This document shows positions 30,660 through 39,514 of a stretch of DNA of 64,000 nucleotides, in pieces. Numbering within the stretch: the stretch's first letter is position 1; every line of letters starts with the position of its first letter. A model generated the notes under the pieces. The model made no database searches. It saw only the letters and a program-made list of their open reading frames with translations, and had not been told where the DNA came from. A program made the translations under genes and the position numbers. Origin of the DNA: a virus; IMG/VR virus record IMGVR_UViG_3300026488_000013, positions 1 to 64,000 of that record, one strand, 5' to 3'.

Positions 30660-31745
30660 TTAATACACAGCAGTATCGTTGGGAAAGGGACTTAATTTAG
30701 GTTTCAATTTGTTTTCGATATAATCATAGTATTTAACTCCCTCTATTTGTTTTTTACCAGGAGCTAATTTTTTGACAGGTATCCATTTTCCATTTTTATA
30801 AATTCCTGTGAGTTTGTATACAATGGACAATGGCTTTGTATTGTTAACTATTTGTGTTCCTCCCGCAATACCTATTACTTTGTTCCGATATTCTTCCTCC
30901 AAATTTTCACCTACATATTTCACTTTGTCAATATCATAATCGCCAGATAAAATATATTTAACATCTATTAGAGTATTTATTTTCGCTATCTCTTTAATAA
31001 GTTCAACGTGGTCACCAGAATCTAATCTAATCTTTACGCCTCTAATCTTATTAGGGTCAAGAACAGGTAATAGTTTTTTCAACAGCACTATAGTGTCTAT
31101 AGTATCTGGTAAGATTGTATCTGTCAGGTTATTTTCTAATAAATACTTCCATAATTGAACCTCATTTTCATACTCACCGCTGAATAAACCATATTGAATG
31201 AATGCATGAGGCAATGTTCCCGTAATTTTTTCACTATATTTATCATACAGCATCATATTAGAAGTCAAATACCCTAATTTTGCAGCTATTTCCGAAATTC
31301 TGTATGCTAATTTAATATCGGGTGCTCGCCTTAAACCAAATTCTAATACTTTAGCACGTGGGAAATATTTTTTAATCACATTTTTAAATTCCAATAGTCG
31401 TGTAGTATAAAATAGTTCTCTTTGTGTTACATTCAATAATAAACTTTCCAATACTATAGGTTCTAATCCATGTCCAATTACTTGAATAATAGGTTGAAAT
31501 TCTTTTACCTCCATCAATCCTTTATTTTTATATTTTCCCAATATCCGAATTTCGAACTTATCATTCACATCATAAAAATATTTATTTAGAGTTTCTTCTA
31601 TTACAGTCGGAAAATCTGGCGATGTGTAATATTTTCCTTTGCGTATAAAGAGTGTGAAGCAAGTTTTGTATTGATTTTGAAACACAACCTTAGAAATATT
31701 CCTTGTGAACATATGATAGAAATCCATTGGATTGTATTGGTTCAT
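30660..31745 (-). CDS. pncB: Nicotinate phosphoribosyltransferase
   Basis: EFGLRRA, TSN, GTLPHAF, DT.D, IRLDSGD and VYKL, which fit the NAPRT type rather than NAMPT. Confidence 0.85.
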   Translation of the reverse strand: MNQYNPMDFYHMFTRNISKVVFQNQYKTCFTLFIRKGKYYTSPDFPTVIEETLNKYFYDVNDKFEIRILGKYKNKGLMEVKEFQPIIQVIGHGLEPIVLESLLLNVTQRELFYTTRLLEFKNVIKKYFPRAKVLEFGLRRAPDIKLAYRISEIAAKLGYLTSNMMLYDKYSEKITGTLPHAFIQYGLFSGEYENEVQLWKYLLENNLTDTILPDTIDTIVLLKKLLPVLDPNKIRGVKIRLDSGDHVELIKEIAKINTLIDVKYILSGDYDIDKVKYVGENLEEEYRNKVIGIAGGTQIVNNTKPLSIVYKLTGIYKNGKWIPVKKLAPGKKQIEGVKYYDYIENKLKPKLSPFPNDTAVY

Positions 31746-31753
31746 ACTTATTC

Positions 31754-31763
31754 ATTATCCATA
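31754..31763 (-). promoter_or_regulatory. Promoter-like motif TATGGATAAT heading the NAD operon
   Basis: 8 nt before the pncB ATG. Confidence 0.75.
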
Positions 31764-31791
31764 ATAAAAAGAAAAAAATAAATCAAGAAAA

Positions 31792-32112
31792 TTATAATAC
31801 AGTATTTATATACTCATTTATCTTTAATTTCACAAATTTACCAAGCTGCGAATCGCATTTAATTATGGTTTCCCATTTATCTTTTATTAATATTTTTATA
31901 ACTTCTTTTCTAACTTTCTCGCAAAAAGGATTTTTAAATTTTATTTTATTTAAAAATTTGTAAAAAGCACATATGTTATAATCTTCTACAGGTGAGGAAC
32001 TTTTAAACAAATGAACTAATAACATTACATTTATATATTCCTCTATTTTATCTTCCGATAATCCCTTTATAGTTATCAAATTTATTTCTCTAATACAATC
32101 TGTATAGCCCAT
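31792..32112 (-). CDS. Hypothetical protein
   Basis: Promoter motif 32121-32130. Confidence 0.65.
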   Translation of the reverse strand: MGYTDCIREINLITIKGLSEDKIEEYINVMLLVHLFKSSSPVEDYNICAFYKFLNKIKFKNPFCEKVRKEVIKILIKDKWETIIKCDSQLGKFVKLKINEYINTVL

Positions 32113-32263
32113 GCACTTTTATTATCCGTATAAATTAATCTAACAACAAAAAAATAATGTTAATATGATATATATAATATATTAAACTGTGTTTATCTTT
32201 AAAAATTAAAACTCGACATTTATGGATATAATAAAGTAACAAAAAGACTTTGGAGGTGGAAAA

Positions 32264-32404
32264 ATGTTGATGTGCGAGAAAAATCACAGGTTTAAGACAA
32301 TTGTGTTCTACGTTAAGCCAGATAAGAAGAAATTAAAAAAATACAAAGAAAAAGGATGGAAAACGTTCTATAGAAACAAGAAAGGACTAATAGTGCCTAT
32401 TTGA
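32264..32404 (+). CDS. Small basic protein (46 aa), not in the ORF track
   Basis: Promoter motif 32221-32230, GGAGG RBS, MLMCEKNHRFKTIVFYVKPDKKKLKKYKEKGWKTFYRNKKGLIVPI. Confidence 0.65.
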   Translation: MLMCEKNHRFKTIVFYVKPDKKKLKKYKEKGWKTFYRNKKGLIVPI

Positions 32405-32567
32405 TTTTTATCCTTTTATTTTTCTTATTTATTTATGAAAATTAAATAATTATACAAACAAAAAGAGACACCCTCATTTTAACAAATATTCAAATTCTTC
32501 AACCGCATTACAGCAGGCCGGTCTTAATCGCAATATTCCAAAAAAACGAAAAATGGAAAAGTATTTT

Positions 32568-32979
32568 TTAAATTGAAATACATTTCGAATATTTTTGCGG
32601 ATATTTTTTATCTATCATTGTTTTAATCTCTTTTATTTCTTTAATTAATTTTTCAATGACTTCAATGATTTTTTGTGGCTCCATAGGAACATTATATTTG
32701 AATTCCTCATCGAAATATATGAGGTCAATATTTTCTTCTTTATACTTAATACCTAATCCTGTTGAAAACCTTTTATCTATTTTAATACTTTTCTCGATGC
32801 ACTTTTTTAACAATCCATTCAATTATCGGATGAATAAAGTCTCTGAATTTCCTTCTACATAATTCGCAATCTATTTTCCCAGTGATTTCTATAGTGTCAA
32901 TTTCTTTTTTGTTTTTAATACATCTCAAAATAGCTCTATAATCCGAATAATTTTCCCTAACTATTTCGATTTCTAGCAT
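32568..32979 (-). pseudogene. Hypothetical gene, possibly frameshifted (ORFs 32782-32979 and 32568-32822)
   Basis: First part has the promoter motif at 32988-32997; second part overlaps it, starts TTG and has no RBS. Confidence 0.4.
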
Positions 32980-33046
32980 ACTGTTCTATTATCCGTATTT
33001 GAATTTGAAAATTTAAAACACACTATGAAGAATAAGAGTAAAACTA

Positions 33047-33082
33047 AAGTCAAACCCGCCATTAAAATGGTGGGTAGTTGAA
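33047..33082 (+). repeat. Short palindromic element (family C)
   Basis: AAGTCAAACCCGCCATTAAAATGGTGGGTAGTTGAA. Confidence 0.6.
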
Positions 33083-33142
33083 CCATATTAATTTAATAAT
33101 TATTGATGAAAAAAACAGAATATTAAGACAAACCAACACAAA

Positions 33143-34675
33143 TTAATTTGACCATTTGCTGCCCGGTTTCAAATTATTTATATCGATGATTTGTTCGATT
33201 GTAATATCTTCTGCGGAATAATCATAGTATGTTCCATTATTTAGCACAATTAACCAATGAGTATTTCCGTTCTTTACATATTTAATAATAGTTTTAATCG
33301 TTGATTCATGAATTTTAGAATCTTCTGTTTTGCCATTTTTACCTAAAAGAAATTTTTTATACAAATATTTATTATCGAAAATCAAAACATTCCCGTCTTT
33401 TGAATTAACTAATGTTATTTTAGCTATTCCCGCCCCGTTTTTGGGAATAACTATATATCTCCAATATAATTTATCGCCTTTAACGATAGGTAGAGGTTCC
33501 ACTATTTCAAATCTATTCCAATCAAAAGTTGGTAATGCTTTCTCTACATATAGTTTACCTTTCTCGGGGCCTATATGTGGAACTTTAAATTTATACTTGT
33601 ATAGTTTTCCTTCCATTGACGCAACAAATATTGTGGAAATACCATATGCTTTTCCAAATGGCTCAACAGCGAATAACCAGTATAATTTTTTATTCGACAT
33701 AATTAAATAGGGTTGCTTGTTCAAACAATTTGAATCACAATCTGGAAGTTCTATCATATCTTCATGATAGAACAATATATTCATAATATTAGAAAATACC
33801 CCATCCTTCCAATAGTTCTGTGACTCTATTATTTCCCTAGCTAGTTCCATCGGATATATTGGAGCGTCCTTAAATTCGGTTAAAAGTTCTTCAGGTTTAT
33901 AATGTTTAATATTTCCTTTCTCGTCTATCACTACCGCACCGGCCCAATACGGAACAGTGTAAAACCATTTAAATCTATATTTAATCTGAGGAACTATAAT
34001 ATATATGTGCTTATTTTTAATAACAACTCTAGGTTGACCATAATCTGCGAAATAATCGAATTTATAAAGCTTCCAATATAGATTATCTGTTATCAATTGA
34101 CCAGGACTATATTCCAATTTACGCATATCACTAATTATTTCCCTATCAACCGTATCTACGGGCACCAGAAATACTCCTTTCGACTTCAATATAAAAGAAT
34201 TTATTAACCCATCCGGTTCTATAAAACTATACCAATAGATTCTATCATTGAAAGCAGTTATATTAACATTATCTATGGTATACCTGGGAAAGTCTATAGA
34301 CGTAATCAAATATGCATATGCTACTTTCCTTGGCAATATTCTAATAGGGTCTTTTTTCGTTATTGTTAATTCGTTTATATTATTTAAATGTTTAGGAGCA
34401 TTAATTTTATATAATTCATGCTTAGTTAAAACATTCGCTACTACTAATAATATAATCCCCACAGGTATCAAAATGAAAGTGGTGAAAAAAGCATCAAAAC
34501 CATCAATTTTGCCAATAATGCTTAAAATAGTTATTAGTGTTAGAATGATGGCACCATACAACAGTATTGGATTTTTATAAAGTAGTATTACAATGGGGTG
34601 GAAAATTGGTGATAATACAAATAGTGCCGCAAAAACTACCATAATAAATACCAAGAGAAACAGTTTTTGCTTCAT
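33143..34675 (-). CDS. Membrane protein with three N-terminal TM helices and a large soluble domain
   Basis: Hydrophobic N-terminus; GGAGG before ATG 34675. Confidence 0.75.
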   Translation of the reverse strand: MKQKLFLLVFIMVVFAALFVLSPIFHPIVILLYKNPILLYGAIILTLITILSIIGKIDGFDAFFTTFILIPVGIILLVVANVLTKHELYKINAPKHLNNINELTITKKDPIRILPRKVAYAYLITSIDFPRYTIDNVNITAFNDRIYWYSFIEPDGLINSFILKSKGVFLVPVDTVDREIISDMRKLEYSPGQLITDNLYWKLYKFDYFADYGQPRVVIKNKHIYIIVPQIKYRFKWFYTVPYWAGAVVIDEKGNIKHYKPEELLTEFKDAPIYPMELAREIIESQNYWKDGVFSNIMNILFYHEDMIELPDCDSNCLNKQPYLIMSNKKLYWLFAVEPFGKAYGISTIFVASMEGKLYKYKFKVPHIGPEKGKLYVEKALPTFDWNRFEIVEPLPIVKGDKLYWRYIVIPKNGAGIAKITLVNSKDGNVLIFDNKYLYKKFLLGKNGKTEDSKIHESTIKTIIKYVKNGNTHWLIVLNNGTYYDYSAEDITIEQIIDINNLKPGSKWSN

Positions 34676-34788
34676 CCTAAAACCTCCCTGAAGCATAATA
34701 AAGTTTATATTACCCATAAACAAAAGTTTAACAACAAAAATAATTACATAAAAAAGAAAAAAAATATAAAAATAACTAAGCGAAAATT

Positions 34789-35211
34789 TTATTTTATTAT
34801 TATTCCATATCCGTTTATTGTCTCATATCCATTATATCCTTTAATAAAATATTCAACAATACCACAAATTTGAATTACTAATAATTTAGGTATAATTATT
34901 CTTTTGTTTTCATCGTCTATTTTAATTATTACATCATCAATTGTAATATCATTATTTAATTCTATTATTTTTCTCCCACATTTTTTACATCTTATAATTG
35001 ATTTTATCATATTTGGAACCTCATCTAATTCATCAGCTATCAACGAACCTGCTGAGCAGTTGTATTCACCAACAGTTTCGTCATCGTCAATGTCTTCATT
35101 TTCTAAATCTATTGTTTTCTTTCCTTTATATTTCATACAATATACTTCTTCATAATATGTTTCAATTTCATTTATTTCTTTACATTTCGGACAATAAAAC
35201 ATTTTCTCCAT
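34789..35211 (-). CDS. Zn-ribbon protein (paralog of 22898-23338)
   Basis: YCPKC...RCKKCG; promoter motif 35220-35229. Confidence 0.7.
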   Translation of the reverse strand: MEKMFYCPKCKEINEIETYYEEVYCMKYKGKKTIDLENEDIDDDETVGEYNCSAGSLIADELDEVPNMIKSIIRCKKCGRKIIELNNDITIDDVIIKIDDENKRIIIPKLLVIQICGIVEYFIKGYNGYETINGYGIIIK

Positions 35212-35325
35212 GTTATATAATTATCCGTATTTAGTTAAAAAAAATGCAGCTTATGAAGTTATTTTAATTCGCTTATTTTAATTAACTCTGGCTACAAGTT
35301 TTTTATCTCAATAAGAAAATTAAAA

Positions 35326-37341
35326 TTATTTAAAAAATTCTATCCACAGGGAAATTGTTATAACAATTGGTTTATTACTTTTGAAATACTCTAGTATTTC
35401 ATCTTTACTTATCTTGACAAATTTACCGTTAATATATAAATGCGGCGCCGCCTTTGCATCAAAAATAACATTAAAATTTGGGATTATGGGTTTTAAATTA
35501 TTCAACCTTCCGGATATTGCAAACTTAATATTCGGTTTAGAAATTATTTCTTTTAGTAATTCTTTAATCTTTCTAATACACTTTGTATATATGTTGTTAA
35601 CAATTAAATCTTTCCTAATTGTTTGTCTTACAATAGTTGCAGTATCATTTTCAATATTAACCCGAACTATATAAGACATTGCTAAATTTCCGCCTTTATC
35701 ATATCCATTTAATACATACAAATTTCTCCCCTTTTTAAAGAACGCACCGGTTAGATTATTAACTTCATGGAATTTAATCATATCCTCAGACGCTTCGTAT
35801 TCACCAATCTCAAAATACAATTCATCACATGAGATTATTTTGAATAATTCGGATAACAATTTCTGATTTTTAGTTTCTTTTAAAATATACCGTATAATCA
35901 AATTTTTCCATAATTCCTTTTTATGTTCATTTTTCCATTCAGCATCAAATATTTTAAATGTTCGCATTTTATTTTTTCTTTCGAATTTTAGTTTAACATC
36001 AGCTCTCTTTAACAATGTTTCTAAAACTTCAATTGTATTGGCGCCGTATTTATCCGCCCACAGTGTTGAGTGCCAAAATATACTATCATATTCTACTGCC
36101 AATTTTAATTCGGGAATGTATAAATCCCAGCTATAAGTTTTATTCCCAATAACAAATTTCTTTTCCGAGACGAATGTTAAATTAAATTGTTTTCCTATTA
36201 TTTCCTTAATAGTATCGGTTATTTCTGCAATTACTAAATTTTGTTCAACTGATTTTCCTTTAGAGATTTTTTTCATGCAAATTGGACAACCGAATAATTC
36301 CTCCGGCATGGCATTAAAAACTTTCCATTTATAAAAATTTTCCAAACTTAATGGTCTATATTTCGTATAAGTTATTCCATGGCGATTACATTTCATTTTA
36401 ACCGATTTACCATAATATCGTTTAATGTAATCTAAAATATTTTTTATATTTATAAATTTGTATCCATTTTTTAATGCATATTCATATAACAGCTTATCAA
36501 ATTTAATTAACTCATCCGCAGGAACATTATATTTATCTAACAGTTCAGAAACAATTTTCCTATGTTTTACAGAATTAACCAATTTGGGGTTGAGAACTTT
36601 GTTAGAGATTAACAATTTCTTTCTTAGTTCGATTATTTTATCGTAAGAATTTCTATTCTCTCTCATTTTGACAGATTTAATTTTTCTTATATGTTCAGAG
36701 TTATTTGGGTTATTTTCTCTAAAATATTTAGTGGTTTGTTCGATATATTTTTTATAATAATCTGGGAAAAATATTTTAACGGGATAATTTTTAATTTTCT
36801 TATAACAGCCGCCGCAGGAATAATCGAGTATATACCTGTTAAATCTAGAAATATTTCTTCCGCATATTTTACATCTATATTTTTCCTTATTTTCTATCCT
36901 ATCAATAAAAGTATCCGTAAGCATCAAATATATCAAATGTCTAACGGTGAATTTCTTGCCAGAAATAAAATTTTTTCTTATTTTTGTCAGCACTTCTCTA
37001 TTAATATTAAATTGTTTTAATATCTTTTCCAATTCGTCAATATCTAAAGCACTTAATGAATTTTTATTCGCCTCGTAATTTGAAATTTCTGGATTGATTT
37101 CTCTTTCAATAAATGAATAGTATTTTTTAAATAAAAATTTTGGCGTAATAATAAAAGCACCGCAGGTTTCACATAGAATTTTTTCTTTATTTATGAATGT
37201 ATTTCTATCAATTTTTAATTCAGCACCACAATCCCAACAACTAATTTTATAAGACATAGGGAATTTCAATTCTTTAGGATGAAGTATCTCTAACTCATCC
37301 ATTTTATTTAACTCTTTCGTCAGCTTTCTCTCTTCCACCAT
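35326..37341 (-). CDS. Free-standing homing endonuclease (Hef/Vsr-like)
   Basis: Multiple CxxC, CNRHG, and WDLYIPELKLAVEYDSIFWH; related to 1061-3133; promoter motif 37350-37359. Confidence 0.7.
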   Translation of the reverse strand: MVEERKLTKELNKMDELEILHPKELKFPMSYKISCWDCGAELKIDRNTFINKEKILCETCGAFIITPKFLFKKYYSFIEREINPEISNYEANKNSLSALDIDELEKILKQFNINREVLTKIRKNFISGKKFTVRHLIYLMLTDTFIDRIENKEKYRCKICGRNISRFNRYILDYSCGGCYKKIKNYPVKIFFPDYYKKYIEQTTKYFRENNPNNSEHIRKIKSVKMRENRNSYDKIIELRKKLLISNKVLNPKLVNSVKHRKIVSELLDKYNVPADELIKFDKLLYEYALKNGYKFINIKNILDYIKRYYGKSVKMKCNRHGITYTKYRPLSLENFYKWKVFNAMPEELFGCPICMKKISKGKSVEQNLVIAEITDTIKEIIGKQFNLTFVSEKKFVIGNKTYSWDLYIPELKLAVEYDSIFWHSTLWADKYGANTIEVLETLLKRADVKLKFERKNKMRTFKIFDAEWKNEHKKELWKNLIIRYILKETKNQKLLSELFKIISCDELYFEIGEYEASEDMIKFHEVNNLTGAFFKKGRNLYVLNGYDKGGNLAMSYIVRVNIENDTATIVRQTIRKDLIVNNIYTKCIRKIKELLKEIISKPNIKFAISGRLNNLKPIIPNFNVIFDAKAAPHLYINGKFVKISKDEILEYFKSNKPIVITISLWIEFFK

Positions 37342-37365
37342 ATTTAAAAATTATCCATAAAGGTA

Positions 37366-37387
37366 GCATTCAATGCAGACTTTGATG
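37366..37387 (+). promoter_or_regulatory. Inverted mimic of an RNAP catalytic-site coding sequence (candidate endonuclease operator)
   Basis: GCATTCAATGCAGACTTTGATG translates as A-F-N-A-D-F-D-(G); intergenic, 6 nt from the endonuclease promoter. Confidence 0.55.
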
Positions 37388-37464
37388 TAAATGTCAAATA
37401 AAAACTTGACAAAAAATAAATAGATAAGCGGAAATACAGATAGAACAAGGACTTTAGGAATGGT

Positions 37465-39411
37465 TTAATGCGGATTTAGATGTAATATGATGGAACTCAT
37501 ATCCGCAAATTCAATAATGACACGGGCTTGCGAAACGCTATCACCATCATAATCAGCGTTAAAACTTTCAACTATCAATGGGTGTATTTTTAAAGTATAA
37601 TCTTCTTTATTAGTATTTATTTTTGCATCGTAAACTATCATCGATGGCTCCCATAGAGTTGGTTGCCTATTTATAAAGGAATATAGTTTTATTCTTCCTT
37701 TATTAACATTATACGCAAACAAATCGAACAGAAATTCTATATCTTCCAATATTTGTTCATCCGTTATATCCAGCTCTTTGGGGCTTTTTGCACCATATTC
37801 TAATTCCTGATATATCAGTTTTATTAAATATGTAAAATATTTACCATTATCTTTTAATTTGATTTTATTTAATTTCTTAATCATCGATTTCGGTGCGACA
37901 GGTTTCTGAACTATTACATCACATGGAGTAAACTTTTTATATTTAAATAGTGTATATAATCTTCTAAGAAATATCAAAAATTCCATTTTGAATATTTGTC
38001 TGGCTGTATAATATGAAACCAATATTTCATATGGTTTAACCTCTAATGTTGGAGTAATTACATTTCTGGCGGAAAAATCTATAGTTTTTCCTATTAGAAA
38101 CTGTCTCACCAAACCTTCCTTTTTACCTAATTCGGAATCTAATAATTTTGAGACATATTTTATATACCATTGTTGAAGTAAATTAACTTGTCGTTCCTGC
38201 GTAAATATTTCTGGTATGGTTAGATTTTCTAAGTTTTTATCCAGATATTCTTTATTTTCTTGACAATATTCAAATAATGTATAGACGCCGCCGTGGTGTG
38301 CGTATCTGTAATAATACTCTGAATATTGATTATAAGTTATAAACGGTTTATAAATAAACCTATCAAATTGGCTAGAAATTTGTTCGGTATTTGTTTCATG
38401 ATTTTTTTTACCATCTGAAGTGGGAATGTTTATAGATACAGATAACTTATGAGGATTATCTGTTAATTTCTCAAATTTCTCATTCATTATCACTATTTGT
38501 GTTAATATTCTATCATAATCACTTCTATATAATTCGTCCCCCACTATCATAAATTTTCTAAGCTCCGCAGTTATCACCGGAATAATTATAGTTATCGAAT
38601 TTATCAAGTGTGTAGGGTATTTAAATTTTAGAATATATTCGTTAAAAATTTCTTCGTTAGACAATATCGCATATATCAATGTATATAAACCGAACGCAGG
38701 TTTTGATAAAACATAGGTGTCCTTATAATATTCCCAAGTATATTTTTCATTATCTTTAATTAGGTCATATTGTAATGCAAATTCGTAAAATTTATTGAAA
38801 AAATCCTTATAACTGGTTTCTGCTATTAATTCTTCATACTTTTCCTTTATTTTATTATTTCCGCTTATTAGATAAAACTTTATTCCTTCGGGCGGCTCAA
38901 ATCTTTTCTTTTTTCTATTAAACAGCAAAAATTGATAATCTAAAATTATTTTATTCATTAATGACATAAATGTTTGTTTTCCGCCTTTTAATATTCGGTA
39001 TATCTCGCTGAGTATCAACGGATTAAATACAGGATAATTTAAATTTATAAATCCGTGATTTCTGGAGATATTTTGTTTATAATCCATTACTACGCCGCAA
39101 ACTTTGCATTTCTTTCCATATCCCCTTGTTAAACCACACAAACAAGTTTTGGAAGTAGTTCCGAATATAGACCACGAATGCAATCCTTTAGGGTTAGGTA
39201 TATTTTTACCAAATCTCTTTTCAATATTTTCTACTATTTTATCTTTGAGTGTAGGGTCTTTTATTTTCTCAAAAAACTCCAATTCATTAACATCTTCTAT
39301 TAATATCTTCGAAGATTTTATTATCTTGCTCGATTCATATTTCTTATATGGGTTAGAAAACAATGAATATAGGAGCTCTAACTTTTCCAACTTAGTTTCA
39401 AATTCCATCAT
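37465..39411 (-). CDS. RNAP beta-prime (copy 2) N-terminal part, ending in an intein-like tail
   Basis: GLHSWSIFG, CLCG..CKVC zinc domain, GKTIDFSARNVI, NRQPTL and FNADYDGD, then 24 aa and a stop; promoter motif 39420-39429. Confidence 0.92.
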   Translation of the reverse strand: MMEFETKLEKLELLYSLFSNPYKKYESSKIIKSSKILIEDVNELEFFEKIKDPTLKDKIVENIEKRFGKNIPNPKGLHSWSIFGTTSKTCLCGLTRGYGKKCKVCGVVMDYKQNISRNHGFINLNYPVFNPLILSEIYRILKGGKQTFMSLMNKIILDYQFLLFNRKKKRFEPPEGIKFYLISGNNKIKEKYEELIAETSYKDFFNKFYEFALQYDLIKDNEKYTWEYYKDTYVLSKPAFGLYTLIYAILSNEEIFNEYILKFKYPTHLINSITIIIPVITAELRKFMIVGDELYRSDYDRILTQIVIMNEKFEKLTDNPHKLSVSINIPTSDGKKNHETNTEQISSQFDRFIYKPFITYNQYSEYYYRYAHHGGVYTLFEYCQENKEYLDKNLENLTIPEIFTQERQVNLLQQWYIKYVSKLLDSELGKKEGLVRQFLIGKTIDFSARNVITPTLEVKPYEILVSYYTARQIFKMEFLIFLRRLYTLFKYKKFTPCDVIVQKPVAPKSMIKKLNKIKLKDNGKYFTYLIKLIYQELEYGAKSPKELDITDEQILEDIEFLFDLFAYNVNKGRIKLYSFINRQPTLWEPSMIVYDAKINTNKEDYTLKIHPLIVESFNADYDGDSVSQARVIIEFADMSSIILHLNPH

Positions 39412-39514
39412 CTAATTCTATTATCCGTAATTGAAATATAAAGTAATAATGATAATTGTTGGCAAGTAATTCAAATAAAAAATAAAATTTGAAAACAAAA
39501 AGTATTTCGTTTAA

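Noticed and set aside
37342-37464. Second group I intron after NADYDGD
   Set aside because: No P/Q/R/S elements or GC-rich stems, and no downstream exon
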